From the NCBI GenBank assembly GCA_049724395.1, contig JAUGWO010000107.1, positions 62,001 to 126,000 on the forward strand: a stretch of 64,000 nucleotides of DNA, written 5' to 3'. Under the pieces are notes generated by a model that was not told where the DNA came from, ran no database searches, and worked only from the letters and a program-made list of their open reading frames with translations. Every line of letters starts with the position of its first letter. The stretch's first letter is position 1. The stretch is from Spongospora subterranea f. sp. subterranea (lineage: Eukaryota). Positions 26,127 to 39,232 of this stretch are shown here, one piece after another. The position numbers and the translations under genes were made by a program.

Positions 26127-27618
26127 CAGTTTATTATTATGACGATATCATCTCGCAGTTTATTATCATTACGATACATCCCTGTCGCAGTTTATTATCA
26201 TGACGATACATCCCTGTTTATTATCATCAATACATCCCTGTCGCAGTTTATTATCATGACGATACATCCCTGTCGCAGTTTATTATCATGACAATACATC
26301 CCTGTCGCAGTTTATTATCATGACGATACATCCCTGTCGCAGTTTATTATCATGACGATACATCCCTGTCGCAGTTTATTATCATGACGATACATCCCTG
26401 TCGCAGTTTATTATCATGACGATACATCCCTGTCGCAGTTTATTATCATGACGATACATCCCTGTCGCAGTTTATTACCATGACGACACATCCATGTTAT
26501 TCATCTCGCAGTTTATTATCATGACGACACATCCCTGTTATCATCTCGCAGTTTATTATCATGACGATACATCCCTGTCGCAGTTTATTATCATGGCGAC
26601 ACATCCCTGTCGCAGTTTATTATCATGACGATACATCCCTGTCGCAGTTTATTATCATGACGATACATCCCTGTCGCAGTTTATTATCATGACGATACAT
26701 CCCTGTCGCAGTTTATTATCATGACGATACATCCCTGTCGCAGTTTATTATCATGACGATACATCCCTGTCGCAGTTTATTATCATGACGATACATCCCT
26801 GTCGCAGTTTATTATCATGACGATACATCCCTGTCGCAGTTTATTATCATGACGATACATCCCTGTCGCAGTTTATTATCATGATACATCTCTGTCGCGT
26901 TTATTATCATGGCGACACATCCCTGTTATCATCTCGCAGTTTATTATCATGACGATACATCCCTGTCGCAGTTTATTATCATGACGATAGATCCCTGTCG
27001 CAGGTTATTATCATGACGATACATCCCTGTCGCAGTGTTTATTATCATGACGATACATCCCTGTCGCAGTTTATTATCATGACGATACATCCCTGTCGCA
27101 GTTTATTATCATGACGATACATCCCTGTCGCAGTTTATTATCATGACGATACATCCCTGTCGCAGTTTATTATCATGACGATACATCCCTGTCGCAGTTT
27201 ATTATCATGACGATACATCCCTGTCGCAGTTTATTATCATGACGATACTGTATCCCTGTCGCAGTTTATTATCATGACGATACATCCCTGTCGCAGTTTA
27301 TTATCATGACGATACATCCCTGTCGCAGTTTATTATCATGACGATACATCCCTGTCGCAGTTTATTATCATGACGATATATCCCTGTCGCAGTTTATTAT
27401 CATGACGATACATCCCTGTCGCAGTTTATTATCATGACGATACATCCCTGTCGCAGTTTATTATCATGACGATACATCCCTGTCGCAGTTTATTATCATG
27501 ACGATACATCCCTGTCGCAGTTTATTATCATGACGATACATCCCTGTCGCAGTTTATTATCATGACGATACATCCCTGTCGCAGTTTATTATCATGACGA
27601 TACATCCCTGTTATCATG
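26127..27618. repeat. 32-bp tandem array, roughly 45 copies (gacgatacatccctgtcgcagtttattatcat)
   Basis: Directly visible period of 32 (e.g. agtttatt at 26341 and 26373). Occasional variant units carry ttatcatctcgcag; the 5' end is degenerate. Confidence 0.97.
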
Positions 27619-29601
27619 GAGGATCACCATGTTCCATATTCGGGTCAGTTCGACCTGAACTGGTCTGATCAAATCCAAGAATATATACAACGTCTGTCGT
27701 TGCTATCATCCAATACGCAGCCTGATCTGTCCATCATCAACGGGCTTGTCAACTTGGCAAATCAATATCGTATATCCGATCGGAACCTAGCTGAAAGACT
27801 TTTTGTGCCAATGCCAATCGTCGTTGGTTTTATACCTTACGATTATCAGTCGATTAGAATCTGATTTTACAGATGCAATTCTGCATGCATTATTAGGTAA
27901 TGATGACGATCAACGAGCAAGAGATCTTTTGCCGCTTTTTCAAGGTGAATATATATGGACAGGTTAGTGTTTTCTGAACCACCAAAGGTCTAGTTTTGAA
28001 CAGTGTTCATTGTAGTTCACGATGCATTTCGCAGATTATCTCCTGATCAGCTTTCGAAGTGCCTCTGGTTCTGTCCACATTTGTACAACGTCTATGCCCT
28101 CGAGCACCTTCCTCTAATTCCAGATAGAATTATTGCTCTGTTCACATTGCCCAAAAATGATTATTTTCCTGCACAGTATCTCTTCGATCGGATTTGCAAT
28201 GCGAATTCCTGTCAAGTCGATATTATTGACGATCTTGTTAAACTAGCAGAAAGTGGGCTTTGCTCCGAATACGATCTGGATAATTCTGTTGACAATGCAT
28301 GTCGATATTTAATCCATCGTTGTATCGGCAAGAATGAGGCCGTAGTTCGTCAAGGGCGACGATTGCTGCTATCTTTTGCTGGCAAGTCATCTCAGCGTAT
28401 TTTGCAGATAATTGTTGAGTTAATGCGAGTTCCTGAGTCACAAGATGCTCTTCATTATATATATAATTGTGTCCGATATTTCCCAAGATGCTCAATCGGT
28501 TATATTATAGCGTCGCCTTCATTCATGTCCGAATTTAATCCTGATACGATCAATTCTGCTCTGAATAACCTCATTCACCTTATCCCATCATCACCAGGAA
28601 CAGATTCAGATATGATTTGGCCTATACTTATTGATTTAGTTGGTTACGATCATGACAAGCTTCAGATCAACTCCTTGTCGGTTTTACGAGATCATCTACC
28701 GGTCCCATCGATCGCCGTCCTCAACTGGCCATTATGCTTTTCACTGATTACGATCTGGGGATCCATTATTGCGAGCCTAAATGAAGATCAGAAATTCACT
28801 GTTTTGAATATGATCAGAGATGTCGTTGTTAAACTGTCGATCGCGTCCGATACTTGCCTATTAAGTCAATCATTAATACTGGACCAAATAACATCTCATT
28901 CTCATGATGATGTTAATGATGACGGTATCCAGCAGTCTCTTCACATTGACATGTTGAAGTCATTGCTAGTCGTTGGTGGTGTTCAAGACCCATCTCGACT
29001 TGAGACGTTGGGTGTTTTAATCCAGAGACATTTTGGTGGGCTTCATGCCCCCAATCCCATAGAGATGAAAACTTTTTTAAAATCGCCTTTACAGCCCTTC
29101 GATCACCGCGTAAATCAGCTCTTTAGTCGTACTCCATCTCTGTTCGAGGTTATATCTCTTGTTGGGGACATCGGTCCTGTTGTTGCTATTGCTAAAAGCC
29201 TATTGCTTTGCCTGATCCGTTCGTTTAACTGCCCATCCGTTCCCCCTCATACTATCTTTTTTAGCCAACGAGCGATTGCAATGCTACGTTCGTTATCGGG
29301 CGGGTTACCAACCGTTCTGACTCATATCGATATTTGCCCCATGCTCGGATTGATTCACTCAAGTGAAACGGTTGCCATATTGGCCAGGGTACTTGAGCAC
29401 TTAATCGCTCCAAATCCATACATTGCCGATATGATGGCGGATGAGATTGAAAGAATCTCATTGAATAACATATTTCATCCTAGTATCGCTCATATCTACT
29501 CTCAGATCATCGAACTTAATGAATCTACGACAACTTCCGAATTAATGCCCTCATCTTCCACAGTAATGTCAGATTCTACCACTATTTCTTCTCAGACTTA
29601 A
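27616..29601 (+). CDS. Alpha-helical protein, possibly Integrator complex subunit 5-like
   Basis: A 532-aa exon plus upstream exons. C-terminal FDHRVNQLFSRTPSLFEVISLV...KSLLLCLI...GGLPTVL...ETVAILARV resembles the INTS5 C-terminal domain as remembered. Confidence 0.5.
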
Positions 29602-29641
29602 ATAAATTATACCTACGTGGACTGTTCTTTTCCTCGATTTG

Positions 29642-31123
29642 CTAATCGAATGCCGGTTTACTATACGATAAATTCCTGTTTGGAAGAACGGTTTCCGTTT
29701 CCAAAGGTGCCAACCCCAGAGCAGTGTGCACTCGAGCTAACGTTCGTTCAGCTTGAACATTAGCTCTGTCAGCATTGCTTGCGAAGATATGATTCAAATA
29801 CGCCTGATCAGCCCTAACTCGATGATACGTATCTCGCATTGGAGTTATCAACTCGATTAGTCGCTCTGTCAGTTGATCCTTAAACTGCACAGTTGTGCAG
29901 CCGTCAAACTTTTCACAGACTTGCTCCGGTGCCTGATCTGTTAACTCAGCCATGATTCGTACAAGATTGCTTATCTCTGGGCGTTGAGATTCGTCATAGG
30001 AAATGTTGCCAATGCTAAGAAACCACCATCAACAATTGCATGATCATTCAATGCTACATGGTATAAGCACCTATCCGTTGTAGCCTTCCGTATCTTCAAC
30101 TTTATTTCATCATTGTTGTCTGTTATGTGGATACGAGACATTGCTGATGGATCCGACTTCGACATCTTCTTCAATCCGTCACGAAGACTCATTACTCGTG
30201 GTATTCGACCTACTCAAAAGGTTCATACATTCATAGCTTCGCAGTTCGAAGACAAGACCTGCAATAGGTTCCGGGACAGTAAAGAGTTGGCCATCAACGA
30301 GGTGGTTGAAAGAGGTGGCAATTTGTCTAGACTATACCACAGTAAAATCAGGGTCTGTATATTGTGAAAGTATAACACTAACCAGTTCAAGATGTTGGAG
30401 TTGGTCATGTCCAACAGGTACACCTTCAGTATTATAGAGGAGGATATCAGCAGCTTGAAGGACTGGATAAGAGAATATACCCAACGACAGGCCATTGTTG
30501 CCCCCTCTTGACTATTCATACCAGAACATGAATATGGATTCCAAAAACATTAAAACCCAGCAAACCTTAAACTGAGTCATTCGTTTTAGGTGGCCAATTG
30601 GGGCGTAATTTGATAGGATCCAGTGTAGTTGAGAATGAGCCGCGACAGATGATTGCCTAAAAATAATGGCTTTATCCGGTGATAAACCAATTGCCATGAA
30701 CTGAGCCATCATATCCACAGTGTGGATATTCACTATAATATGGATAAAAAGCATGAATTGCTATATAGGAATACGCCACTAATAACTTACACTGCAATCT
30801 AGTGTGTGTATTGAGTGAACTCAACGCATGAAGGTCAGCAATAGCGAATATACATTGGTTAGATGGTATCTGATGTAATTTTACCCATGGTAGAAGAGCC
30901 CCATACAGATTCCTATCAATGCAACGGATTACGGATTAGGCTCAGAATCAAATCAACACTGACGTCTCATATACCCTAAATGAACCTGTCCTGTGGGTTG
31001 AATAGCTGAAAAGATTCTCATTGAATAAAAGCCGGACGCCAGATCCGTTATCGGCAAGGGATCACGCCGCGCGGTCTCAAGTCTTCCCGGACTACGGGAC
31101 GGGAAATTCTGGGATGGCGCCAT
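29642..31123 (-). CDS. WARS2: Organellar (bacterial-type) tryptophanyl-tRNA synthetase, many introns
   Basis: [58 protein letters not shown] and [11 protein letters not shown] at 31021, or an in-frame upstream ATG at 31123 adding 34 aa. Confidence 0.92.
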
Positions 31124-31143
31124 AACTCAGGATGACAGCCAGA

Positions 31144-32141
31144 TTTACATCGTCGCCACCCCCTCTTTTCCTTGGTGGCTGAACTGCCACTCGCAAGGGA
31201 AACTTTTTCTGGGTGTCAGCTTCAGGTCCTGGTAGGATAAACTCACTGCTCCCTTCGCCATGAATACTTTGTTTGAACGTCAGTACATTTAAAAGTCAAC
31301 AACCTATAGTGATGGGCATTGCTTATTGCGATCGGTTCGATTGTTTTGATTGGTTATTGAGGTTCGTGTAGCGGATATCCCGTTAATTGGTACCATTTTT
31401 ATCTCGTATGCGGTTTTAGATGATGTTGTGCAATACACGGAATACCGGTTTGGAGGAGATGAGAGTTTCGTCAGTGGCAGCCGATCTTAGATTTGATTTC
31501 GCGAGAGCTTTATCAAACAAAGGGTGCGAACTAATTCTTCAACGGAATACAAATTACACACGTCAAAGAGTTGTTTTCCTGGCAAACGACAAAGCGCAGC
31601 ACATATTCCAGCGCAGGGAATTGAACTCGACGAGTTCAATCAAATTAACTCATGATTAACCTGTGAATGTCCTGCAAATTTTTTCCTTGGATTTGACAAG
31701 CTTATTTATACATTCGATTGCAGCTGAATTTGCCGTTTGTTAGGAAAACAACTCTTCGACGTGTCTAATTTGCATCCCGTTGAAGAATTAGTTCGCACCC
31801 CCTGTTTGATAATCTCTCGCGAGATCAAATCTAAGATCGGCTGCCACTGACGAAACCCCTGATCGCCTCCAAACCGATATTCCGTGTATTGCACAACATC
31901 ATCTAAATATGGGACTAAACGGGATATCCGCTACACGAAACCTCAAGAACCGATCGCAATAAGCAATGCCCATCACTACAGGTTGTTGAAGTTGAAATGG
32001 ACTGACGTTCAAACAAAGTATTCACGGCGAAGGCAGCAGTGAATTTATCCTACCAGGACCTGATGACACCCCAGAAAAGAGTTTCCCTTTGCGAGTGACA
32101 GTTCAGCCACAAAGGAAAAGAGGGGGTGGCGACGATGTAAA
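31144..32141. mobile_element. Foldback / MITE-like element with ~450-bp inverted arms
   Basis: 31144-~31600 is the diverged reverse complement of ~31722-32141 (tttacatcgtcgccaccccctc... / ...gagggggtggcgacgatgtaaa). The spacer contains a perfect hairpin attgaactcg-a-cgagttcaat. No coding capacity and no clear TSD. Confidence 0.8.
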
Positions 32142-33255
32142 CAGGTCGTTGTTGTCGTCTGGCAAGAGGTTGTGTTCAGCGTACATCAAACCCGGTTTGA
32201 TGCCGACCGATAGTCACGGGACTACCAGGAGTTCCAAATGTCCACCTTTGAACGCTCAGATACCGCAAGTCGAATATATTGTTTTTTAATGATCAACGCA
32301 CACTCATGTTGTTTCTGGCACTTGATACCAACAACCATAAAATCAGCCTTCGTCGCTGAAAGACGTGGAGTTAATAAGCTGGAATTGCTTTTCAAAAGCG
32401 ACGAAAGTATAACGATGCAATTGACAGGTTCGACACACTTGATAAGACTTTAATGCCAATTGCAATTGTAGTTTTATAGCTGAGTCGGGCAGAATCTGAC
32501 ACCGTATTGACTTTGCTGAGTCCCCTTTATCAGCCGCTACCTATGTTGGGTCTGTGTATTTAACTGAGTTTGTCCAATGGGCACTTATTTTGAGGACTAT
32601 CCACGCGTGGACAAAAGACACTTGCGAACTAAGAAATGGCGATGTGAACGGGTCGGGAAAGGGGGCTCTCTGAGGTCTTGAGTAGCAGAACCTGAACCTC
32701 GACAGAAATGTCGATTCCCAGAAGCCAGAATGTTAGGGAATGACGGCTCTGATGCAACTGTTGACCAACATGCCATATGTGTTGACCTTGTATATCAACT
32801 ATAATGGTTAGAAATTGACCCAGTAGAAAAAGATGTCCGACTTTGACCGATAGCCTTTACATTAATTCAAGGTTCATGGTCGGTGTTCTTCACTTGATTG
32901 GGTCTACTTCCTGCTTCAGTGTTGCTTTATTCCACTATTCATTTGGAAATGACATTGCCATCACTGGCAATTCCCTTGAGACGGCTTGTCAAAAACGAGC
33001 ACAAGTTACAATATATTCAATAGTAGGTCAGGATTAGCTGCATTGGTCAAAACCAATTGTTGTTCGAGTAGCGTACAGTATGTGAAAACATGCAAAGTTG
33101 GTCGATCGTTTGAGCGCGGATCGGTCAACGAGATATATGGGCAAAGTGGATGTGGGTCGGCCATTCGGGGAGACACATTGAAGTCGTCGGCAATAGCCGC
33201 AAATGTGTCGGTCAGAAGCCATGTTGGCAAATGGCCCATTATCATATTGAAGCAA

Positions 33256-34017
33256 ATGTCGTCAAGCGCAGATAATGACGAAGCTCAAGGCCAAGAAGAA
33301 GGTACCCGCTCTCGGAATCGAGGTGCCTCAAGTTCGCGACGAGGACAGTTTAATCAGAACGACCTCAGAGCTGTGCAGAATCTGTGCACGCTGCGTCGAG
33401 GTGGCAACAGATCGGGTCGATCTCTACCAGGGACTCCTCCCAACTCGCGCTCGGAAACACCTCCACCGCAGACTCCTCCCTCCATCATTTTACCACCGCA
33501 AACTCTTCCCTCCATCATTTCTGATCCATCACCGCAAATTCTTTACCCTTTCCAAGACCAGATTCCCGACAACGATTCGGCGACAACTTTAACTGATCCA
33601 ATGGCAGTCGACCCGCCGGTTGAAGTAGAAATAAGGGATTGTATCCAATGGACGACTCCTGGTCCCTTGCCCATCGAACCATCCGCTGAAGAAGTTCCCC
33701 AGCGACAGAAGACAGTTCGCGAGTACATATGTGACATTTGCGGAAAACGATTTGGTAGATCGTTTGGCGTGCGAATGCATTTACGGAGCCATACCGGGGA
33801 GAAACCGTTTGAGTGCGAGAAGTGCCTTAAACGGTTTGCCCACCGATCACATCTAACTCGACATCATCGTGTGCACACTGGAGAGCAGCCTTTCGGATGC
33901 GGTATTTGTAAGAAGCGGTTTACTGAAAAAGGGAGTCTAAAGCGGCACATGAGGCGAGCACATCCACCAGGTCATGCTTGGGCTAGAACACATCGTACGC
34001 GATCACCTTCTATATAA
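33256..34017 (+). CDS. C2H2 zinc-finger protein (3 Kruppel-type fingers)
   Basis: CDIC..H..H, CEKC..H..H and CGIC..H..H with TGEKPF/TGEQPF linkers. The ORF is open from 32986, so the start is uncertain. Confidence 0.9.
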   Translation: MSSSADNDEAQGQEEGTRSRNRGASSSRRGQFNQNDLRAVQNLCTLRRGGNRSGRSLPGTPPNSRSETPPPQTPPSIILPPQTLPSIISDPSPQILYPFQDQIPDNDSATTLTDPMAVDPPVEVEIRDCIQWTTPGPLPIEPSAEEVPQRQKTVREYICDICGKRFGRSFGVRMHLRSHTGEKPFECEKCLKRFAHRSHLTRHHRVHTGEQPFGCGICKKRFTEKGSLKRHMRRAHPPGHAWARTHRTRSPSI

Positions 34018-34674
34018 TAATGAATACTATTACTTCCATTGAACGACAGGCCAATGAACGAGGAGCAGCTTGACTGATATTTTCAAAGTATTTTGGCTTA
34101 TATCCAAATTTGAGGCCAATACAGGACGGATTAAGAGTAAACAGGAATACAAGCACGGTTCAAGCAATCCTAATGTTAATGTTTGGGATGTGCCACAGAC
34201 TAGTATCACAATGATTAACGGATGATAGCGAATGTGAATGGCACCATTGGAGGGGCTAATCACAAACCCCATTGCAAAAAGGTTCAGTTATTGCTAGGCA
34301 ACAGTCTAACACAAGCGATGTATTGCAGAAGATCATAAAAGAATGGCGCTACATAATTGGCGAATCGGCCTCACGGATAATGCAAATTGTATTAGCGTTG
34401 AAGTGAGACTTCCTCAAGGAACATATAAACACACATATGTTTATATTGGGCATCGCTTGGCGATTGGCGTTAGTGACAGAAATAGAATATGAAAAATACA
34501 TCGGTGTTTTGTTCTAAATCGTTCAACCAGTTGAGTTGCGACCGTTGTAGATTTGGATTCCAGGTACTGGCGGTAGATATATGGAAGTTGGGTTCATATA
34601 TTGCTGCAGAGATGGATGATCATGTCCAAGTATTTCGACTGAAAACCCAAAAATGCTTGTTGGATTTCAGCGAC

Positions 34675-35486
34675 CCAAGGAGGAATGGTAGAATGTTCGT
34701 CACGAATGTGCTGACGAACAGATCGAGGATTGGGGTTGAGCGCGAACTGGCATTTTCTACAAACCAAGATGGAAAATTCAGAATTTTGAAAGCAATTTCA
34801 TAGGAAGTGACCAGGAGGGTGGCGTGGAGTTGATTTGATCATGGGCTTGAAGCGGGTTGGGTGTGCGAGGTTAATCGGCAGCAAGGGATGACGTGTCTGT
34901 GAACCGATCTTAGGATGTTCAATAATTACGAAGACGGTGTCGACAGCTCCCTTAACCCTCATAGACCTGGTCCTCATGCCCATCCGACCCCAACCATGTT
35001 TTGGGGCGCCAACTCAAGTGGTGGACGGTCATCGCCACAGGTATCAATAAAAACCTCTTAAAAAACCTGATGCAACGGAATTATCAGCAGCTCTTCAAAC
35101 CATTTTCGCCTTAAGATCCCAATTCCAATATCCTGAGTTCATAAATTAAAGGATCGTCTCAGAAAGTTTTCATTTTCTCCGTCGAAGCTGCTCTCTCTCT
35201 CTCTATCCGGACCGTGTGTTCTCGTCATGAGTGTAAGTCTTGAAGGGATGTGGTGTGTTGGTAAAGCATCAAGAACCTTAACATGAGTTTCTGTGAACAG
35301 TGCTTGAAAGATTTCCCAAATGACAAAGATCGCATCAATCACATGCGCCACCCACCTTCTTCACTTCCAATGAAATTGCTTTGAATTCTGAATTTTTCCA
35401 TCTTGGTTTGTAGGACATGCCAGTACCCCAATTCGATCTGTTCGTCAGCACATTCGTGACAAACATTCTACCATTCCTCCTTCGGG
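34675..35486. repeat. Inverted repeat, ~150-bp arms (34675-34826 / 35345-35486)
   Basis: aaggaggaatggtagaatgttcgtcacgaatgtgctgacgaacagatcga is the reverse complement of tcgatctgttcgtcagcacattcgtgacaaacattctaccattcctcctt. Confidence 0.85.
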
Positions 35487-37589
35487 CGTGGGGGGTAGGC
35501 GTCTCATAGCCCGCGGTCTACAAAAAACGGGCCAACTCATTTTCCCCTCGGTCTGAGATCTACCCGCTGCGGTCGTTTCCCTCAGTGATGCGCACGGCGC
35601 GTAGCGCCACAAGGAGATCTTAATTATTGTTGGTCAAAAAGAACCACCGAACCCAAGAGCGCTTCCAACGTAGTGGTTGGACAATCACAAAGTCGGTATG
35701 GAAAAGTTACCCTTGGTCCAGAACTTGCTGTTAAAAGGGTGGTTATTCTTTTGAGGCAATTGCCGCTGCGACTGGTGCCGGAAAACCTGTCGCTGATGCA
35801 GCTCGTCAAAAGGAAATTTCTTACTTTAATGACGCACAACCCGTGCTTAAATCGGGATATCTATCATTGATGTTAATTCTAGAAGCGACAATGAGGCCTT
35901 ATATTCTTGCGTCAAAAGAATAACCGCCCTTCAACAGCAAGTTCTGGACCAAGGGCAACAGGTGGCAAAGCAGGTTGTGGGTTTTGGTTCATGTTATATT
36001 CCACGAACTGCCTCATTGATTCGGCTAGCATATGGCCAGCTGATCTATTTTGACGCGGCGTATTGTCAGGGCAAACAGGTGGAGAGCCGCCGGTTGCTGA
36101 CGATCTTTTCCGTTTTTTCAACGATCGGCGAAGCGTTTGACAAAAATGACTGCGACTCCGATTGTATCGGTTCTGAATCCTTAAACTCCTGTAGCGCTAA
36201 ATTCACCTGTAGCAATGGCCTAATCGAATAGACAGGATAACCGATCGAAAAGAGGACACCGTTTCCCTCGAAACTTCTTTAGGGCCTTGGCAGACTGAGT
36301 ACATAGCATATGAGATATTAAAAAAATAGTTTTCTGGGTTTGAGATATACCTCAATTAATTGGTCCCAGACATCGTCGGGCACAGTAGGGGTCTCTATCT
36401 CAGGATCCCATCTGAACCCCGAAATTCTCTTTATTTTTCATTCATTTTTTATTATTTTATACACGTGTGAGATGTATGATGAACAAAACCTTCATGAACC
36501 GCCTTCTCAACTTCAGCATCGCCTACGAATTGGTATAAGATTGCAGAGGGAGCGCCAACAAGCCAACACTCGTCTTCTTCATCTTCCATTTCTTCCTCAT
36601 CGATGTAGAAACTTGCAATCAAGATGGTTATGGACTTGCAATCAGAACGTTTACTGACTTGACAAACTGGCACACTCTATATCACAGATATGAAATGCAA
36701 ATGAGATCGCAATTTTGTATATATATCATTTTTGTATCTGGAAATCATCAGCGAAGTTCAATGGGTATCTGACGAGGTGTCATACACTGTATAACACGGT
36801 AGGAATAAAAAATACCTGTTCCTATGGTGACGTATTTCAAATGTGTGTCGAAGTGTGTCTTTTGCCAGCAACTGATTTAACGAGGAGAAAGTCGAGTGGC
36901 TCATAAGTTTGTGAGCAATGTCAACATGGGGTACTACAAAACGGACTACTACCACAGGGAACCCCGTTGCCTAGCGTGAATGTCGGATGAACAAAAGCAG
37001 GCGTTATCTTGCTTATAAAACATAGACTGTTTTCATTATGTTGACGTGTGTGACAAGTCTTCATCGTATAGTTTAAGAATCGTTGGTCAATTCGATTGTG
37101 TCGATGTCCAATGCTAATGACGCAGTTTCTGGTATTGGATACTTCTCTACAAAAACGAGCATCGTACGCCTTAACGAGGTTGCCTGCGGTAAGAGTTCGT
37201 CTTGTAGTCCCCCAGTTTTCCATTGCCCAAATACTTATGACCGCGAGCGGTAGAAAAAGCCACCAACGCCTAACGGCGTCTTCAACCCCTGGTTACCAGA
37301 CGGGCTCTCAATCCTTGGTGTCATTCGCCCGTCGAATCCGACGAAAAGAGATCCAATTGCAGGCAATCGTGTTCCTGTGCAAACCGTAATTGATCTATTT
37401 CTCGATCATCCCATCAAAGGTAGACATCAGCAACGCATTGGAAGCGAAATTGCGTCTACCGTCACTGAGACAGATCGAAGACGACGTGTCGAATTGGATC
37501 CATCCCTCCGGTCAAGATGCTCCATCAGAACCTGTTTAAGAGTGCAGGGGAAAATAGTGGTTCATCGCAATGCAATAGAAACTGCTCCA

Positions 37590-37780
37590 TTGCTCAAGGA
37601 AAATGCTTGCTCCCCTTAGCAGAAAAGAAGGTCATTGTGGAGGAGGCTTATGGTTCGCCTGGTTTGATTCGACCGTCGGCATCCAAATACGGTCAAATCA
37701 GGAGCAACAAAATCGGAGATGGTTCGATTCATAACAGCAGGTTCATGGACTGCCCGACGTCTGGCCGACCTCAACACCCT
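37590..37780 (+). mobile_element. Pogo/Tc5-like transposase HTH fragment nested in the Harbinger element
   Basis: LAEKKVIVEEAY..GLIRPSASKYGQIR...SGRPQHPEL resembles pogo N-terminal HTH motifs; short and decayed. Confidence 0.35.
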
Positions 37781-39106
37781 GAATTGTACGAAACCACATA
37801 TCATATGCAATCAAATCTTTGAATGCTGCAGCTTGTTGATGTCTGGCAATCGAACGGATGATCCCTCTGCTGGCTCATGAATGTCGTCAGACTCTTGGGT
37901 GGAAGCCTACCATCACGGTATTATTATCTGAAATTGCAATGAAGGCATTTGCATTCACATCAGATTGTTCGAAGAAATCCTCAACGCCTCCTGAGACTCG
38001 GATAAAATTATGGAGAACGCAGCATGCAATCACAAGCTTCGACTGCATTTCCAGTGAAAAATCAGGAGCTTGAACAATTATCGGAAACCGTTTTTTTCAA
38101 AACCGCGAAAATTCGCTGGATGACGTTCCTTTCCTGAGCATGATGTAGATTATAGAGCTCTTTGTAGTTTTGAGGTCTGTGCTTTTATATCAATTTGATA
38201 CCGACGCGATGCCTCTGCCTGACCGTGATCTCCCTTGTTGCCATTCTCTCAAATGGTATCGAACACCTCGAAAAGGTGTGAACAACCTCATCGATAGACC
38301 GTAGCCAGCATCTCCGAGATCATTTCCTTCGGGGACGGGAAAGGCCTTTTGATTGTGCATCTGCGATAACGGTGCTGTCAGAGGCAGATCCTTCCCATCC
38401 CGCCAACACATATGTGAAGCGCATGTCAAAGGAACAAGCGGCAAGGACGTTCTGGCTCAAAAATCCCTTCCTATTGCGGTACGGTCCTGCAGATGCAGTC
38501 GGAACGAAGGCAGGAAAGCCATTCGGCAATCCTGAAAAATGGGTACAGTTTGGGATTGCATCTGATATCCGGGGGTACTTCATTGCCTGGTAGTATGATA
38601 AACTTTGGTGCTCACCCGCAAATCGCGTCGGTTACCCGGTGTATAACCCTATTGAAGCAATTAGTGATTTGGTTCAGGCCATAACAATGCTTTTACTGTT
38701 AATGGTCTCCCACTTCTTTGAAATCTTTCCTGGGCGTCTCTGTTTTTGACGCTTTGGAATACAGTGACCAGAAAAATAGGCACCTGCTCGTCGACATCCA
38801 TGCACGTAACAATTTCATGCTTGAGATTTGCAAAGATATGTGCTGCCATACGGAGGGTCTTATATAAACGTAGCGGATTACCAGATATAGTTCTCAAACC
38901 CAAGCTGCGCCTGGCAGCGACGATGTTCTTCAAGGAGATTTCAGGCAGTATGTTTCAGCACACCAAGCGCCAACGAGGGCGGCAATTTACCGATCCTGAT
39001 GATCAACTTCAAATTCGCCATCTTCCTCTGAAGAGCTCATGTCTTGTCTTGTTCGGAAGACATAAGCACGCGCAAACCGAATTTTCAAAACCAGGATTTG
39101 CGGTTA

Positions 39107-39232
39107 CCCCAAGGGCCAACCCCAAGGGCCAACCCCAAGGGCCAACCCCAAGGGCCAACCCCAACGGCCAACCCCAACGGCCAACCCCAAAGGCCAACCC
39201 CAACGGCCAACCCCAACGGCCAACCCCAACGG
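39107..39232. repeat. 13-bp tandem repeat (ccaaccccaaSgg), about 9-10 copies, subterminal in the Harbinger element
   Basis: Directly visible. Confidence 0.92.

Noticed and set aside
26127..27618. CRISPR array (32-bp, weakly palindromic repeat)
   Set aside because: The units are head-to-tail with no unique spacers, there are no cas genes, and the context is eukaryotic.
34489..34803. Protein kinase fragment (AVDIWKLG)
   Set aside because: A single short motif with no other kinase subdomains nearby.
39107..39232. Interstitial telomeric repeat
   Set aside because: The 13-bp unit does not match TTAGGG/TTTAGGG-type repeats and lies inside a transposon end.
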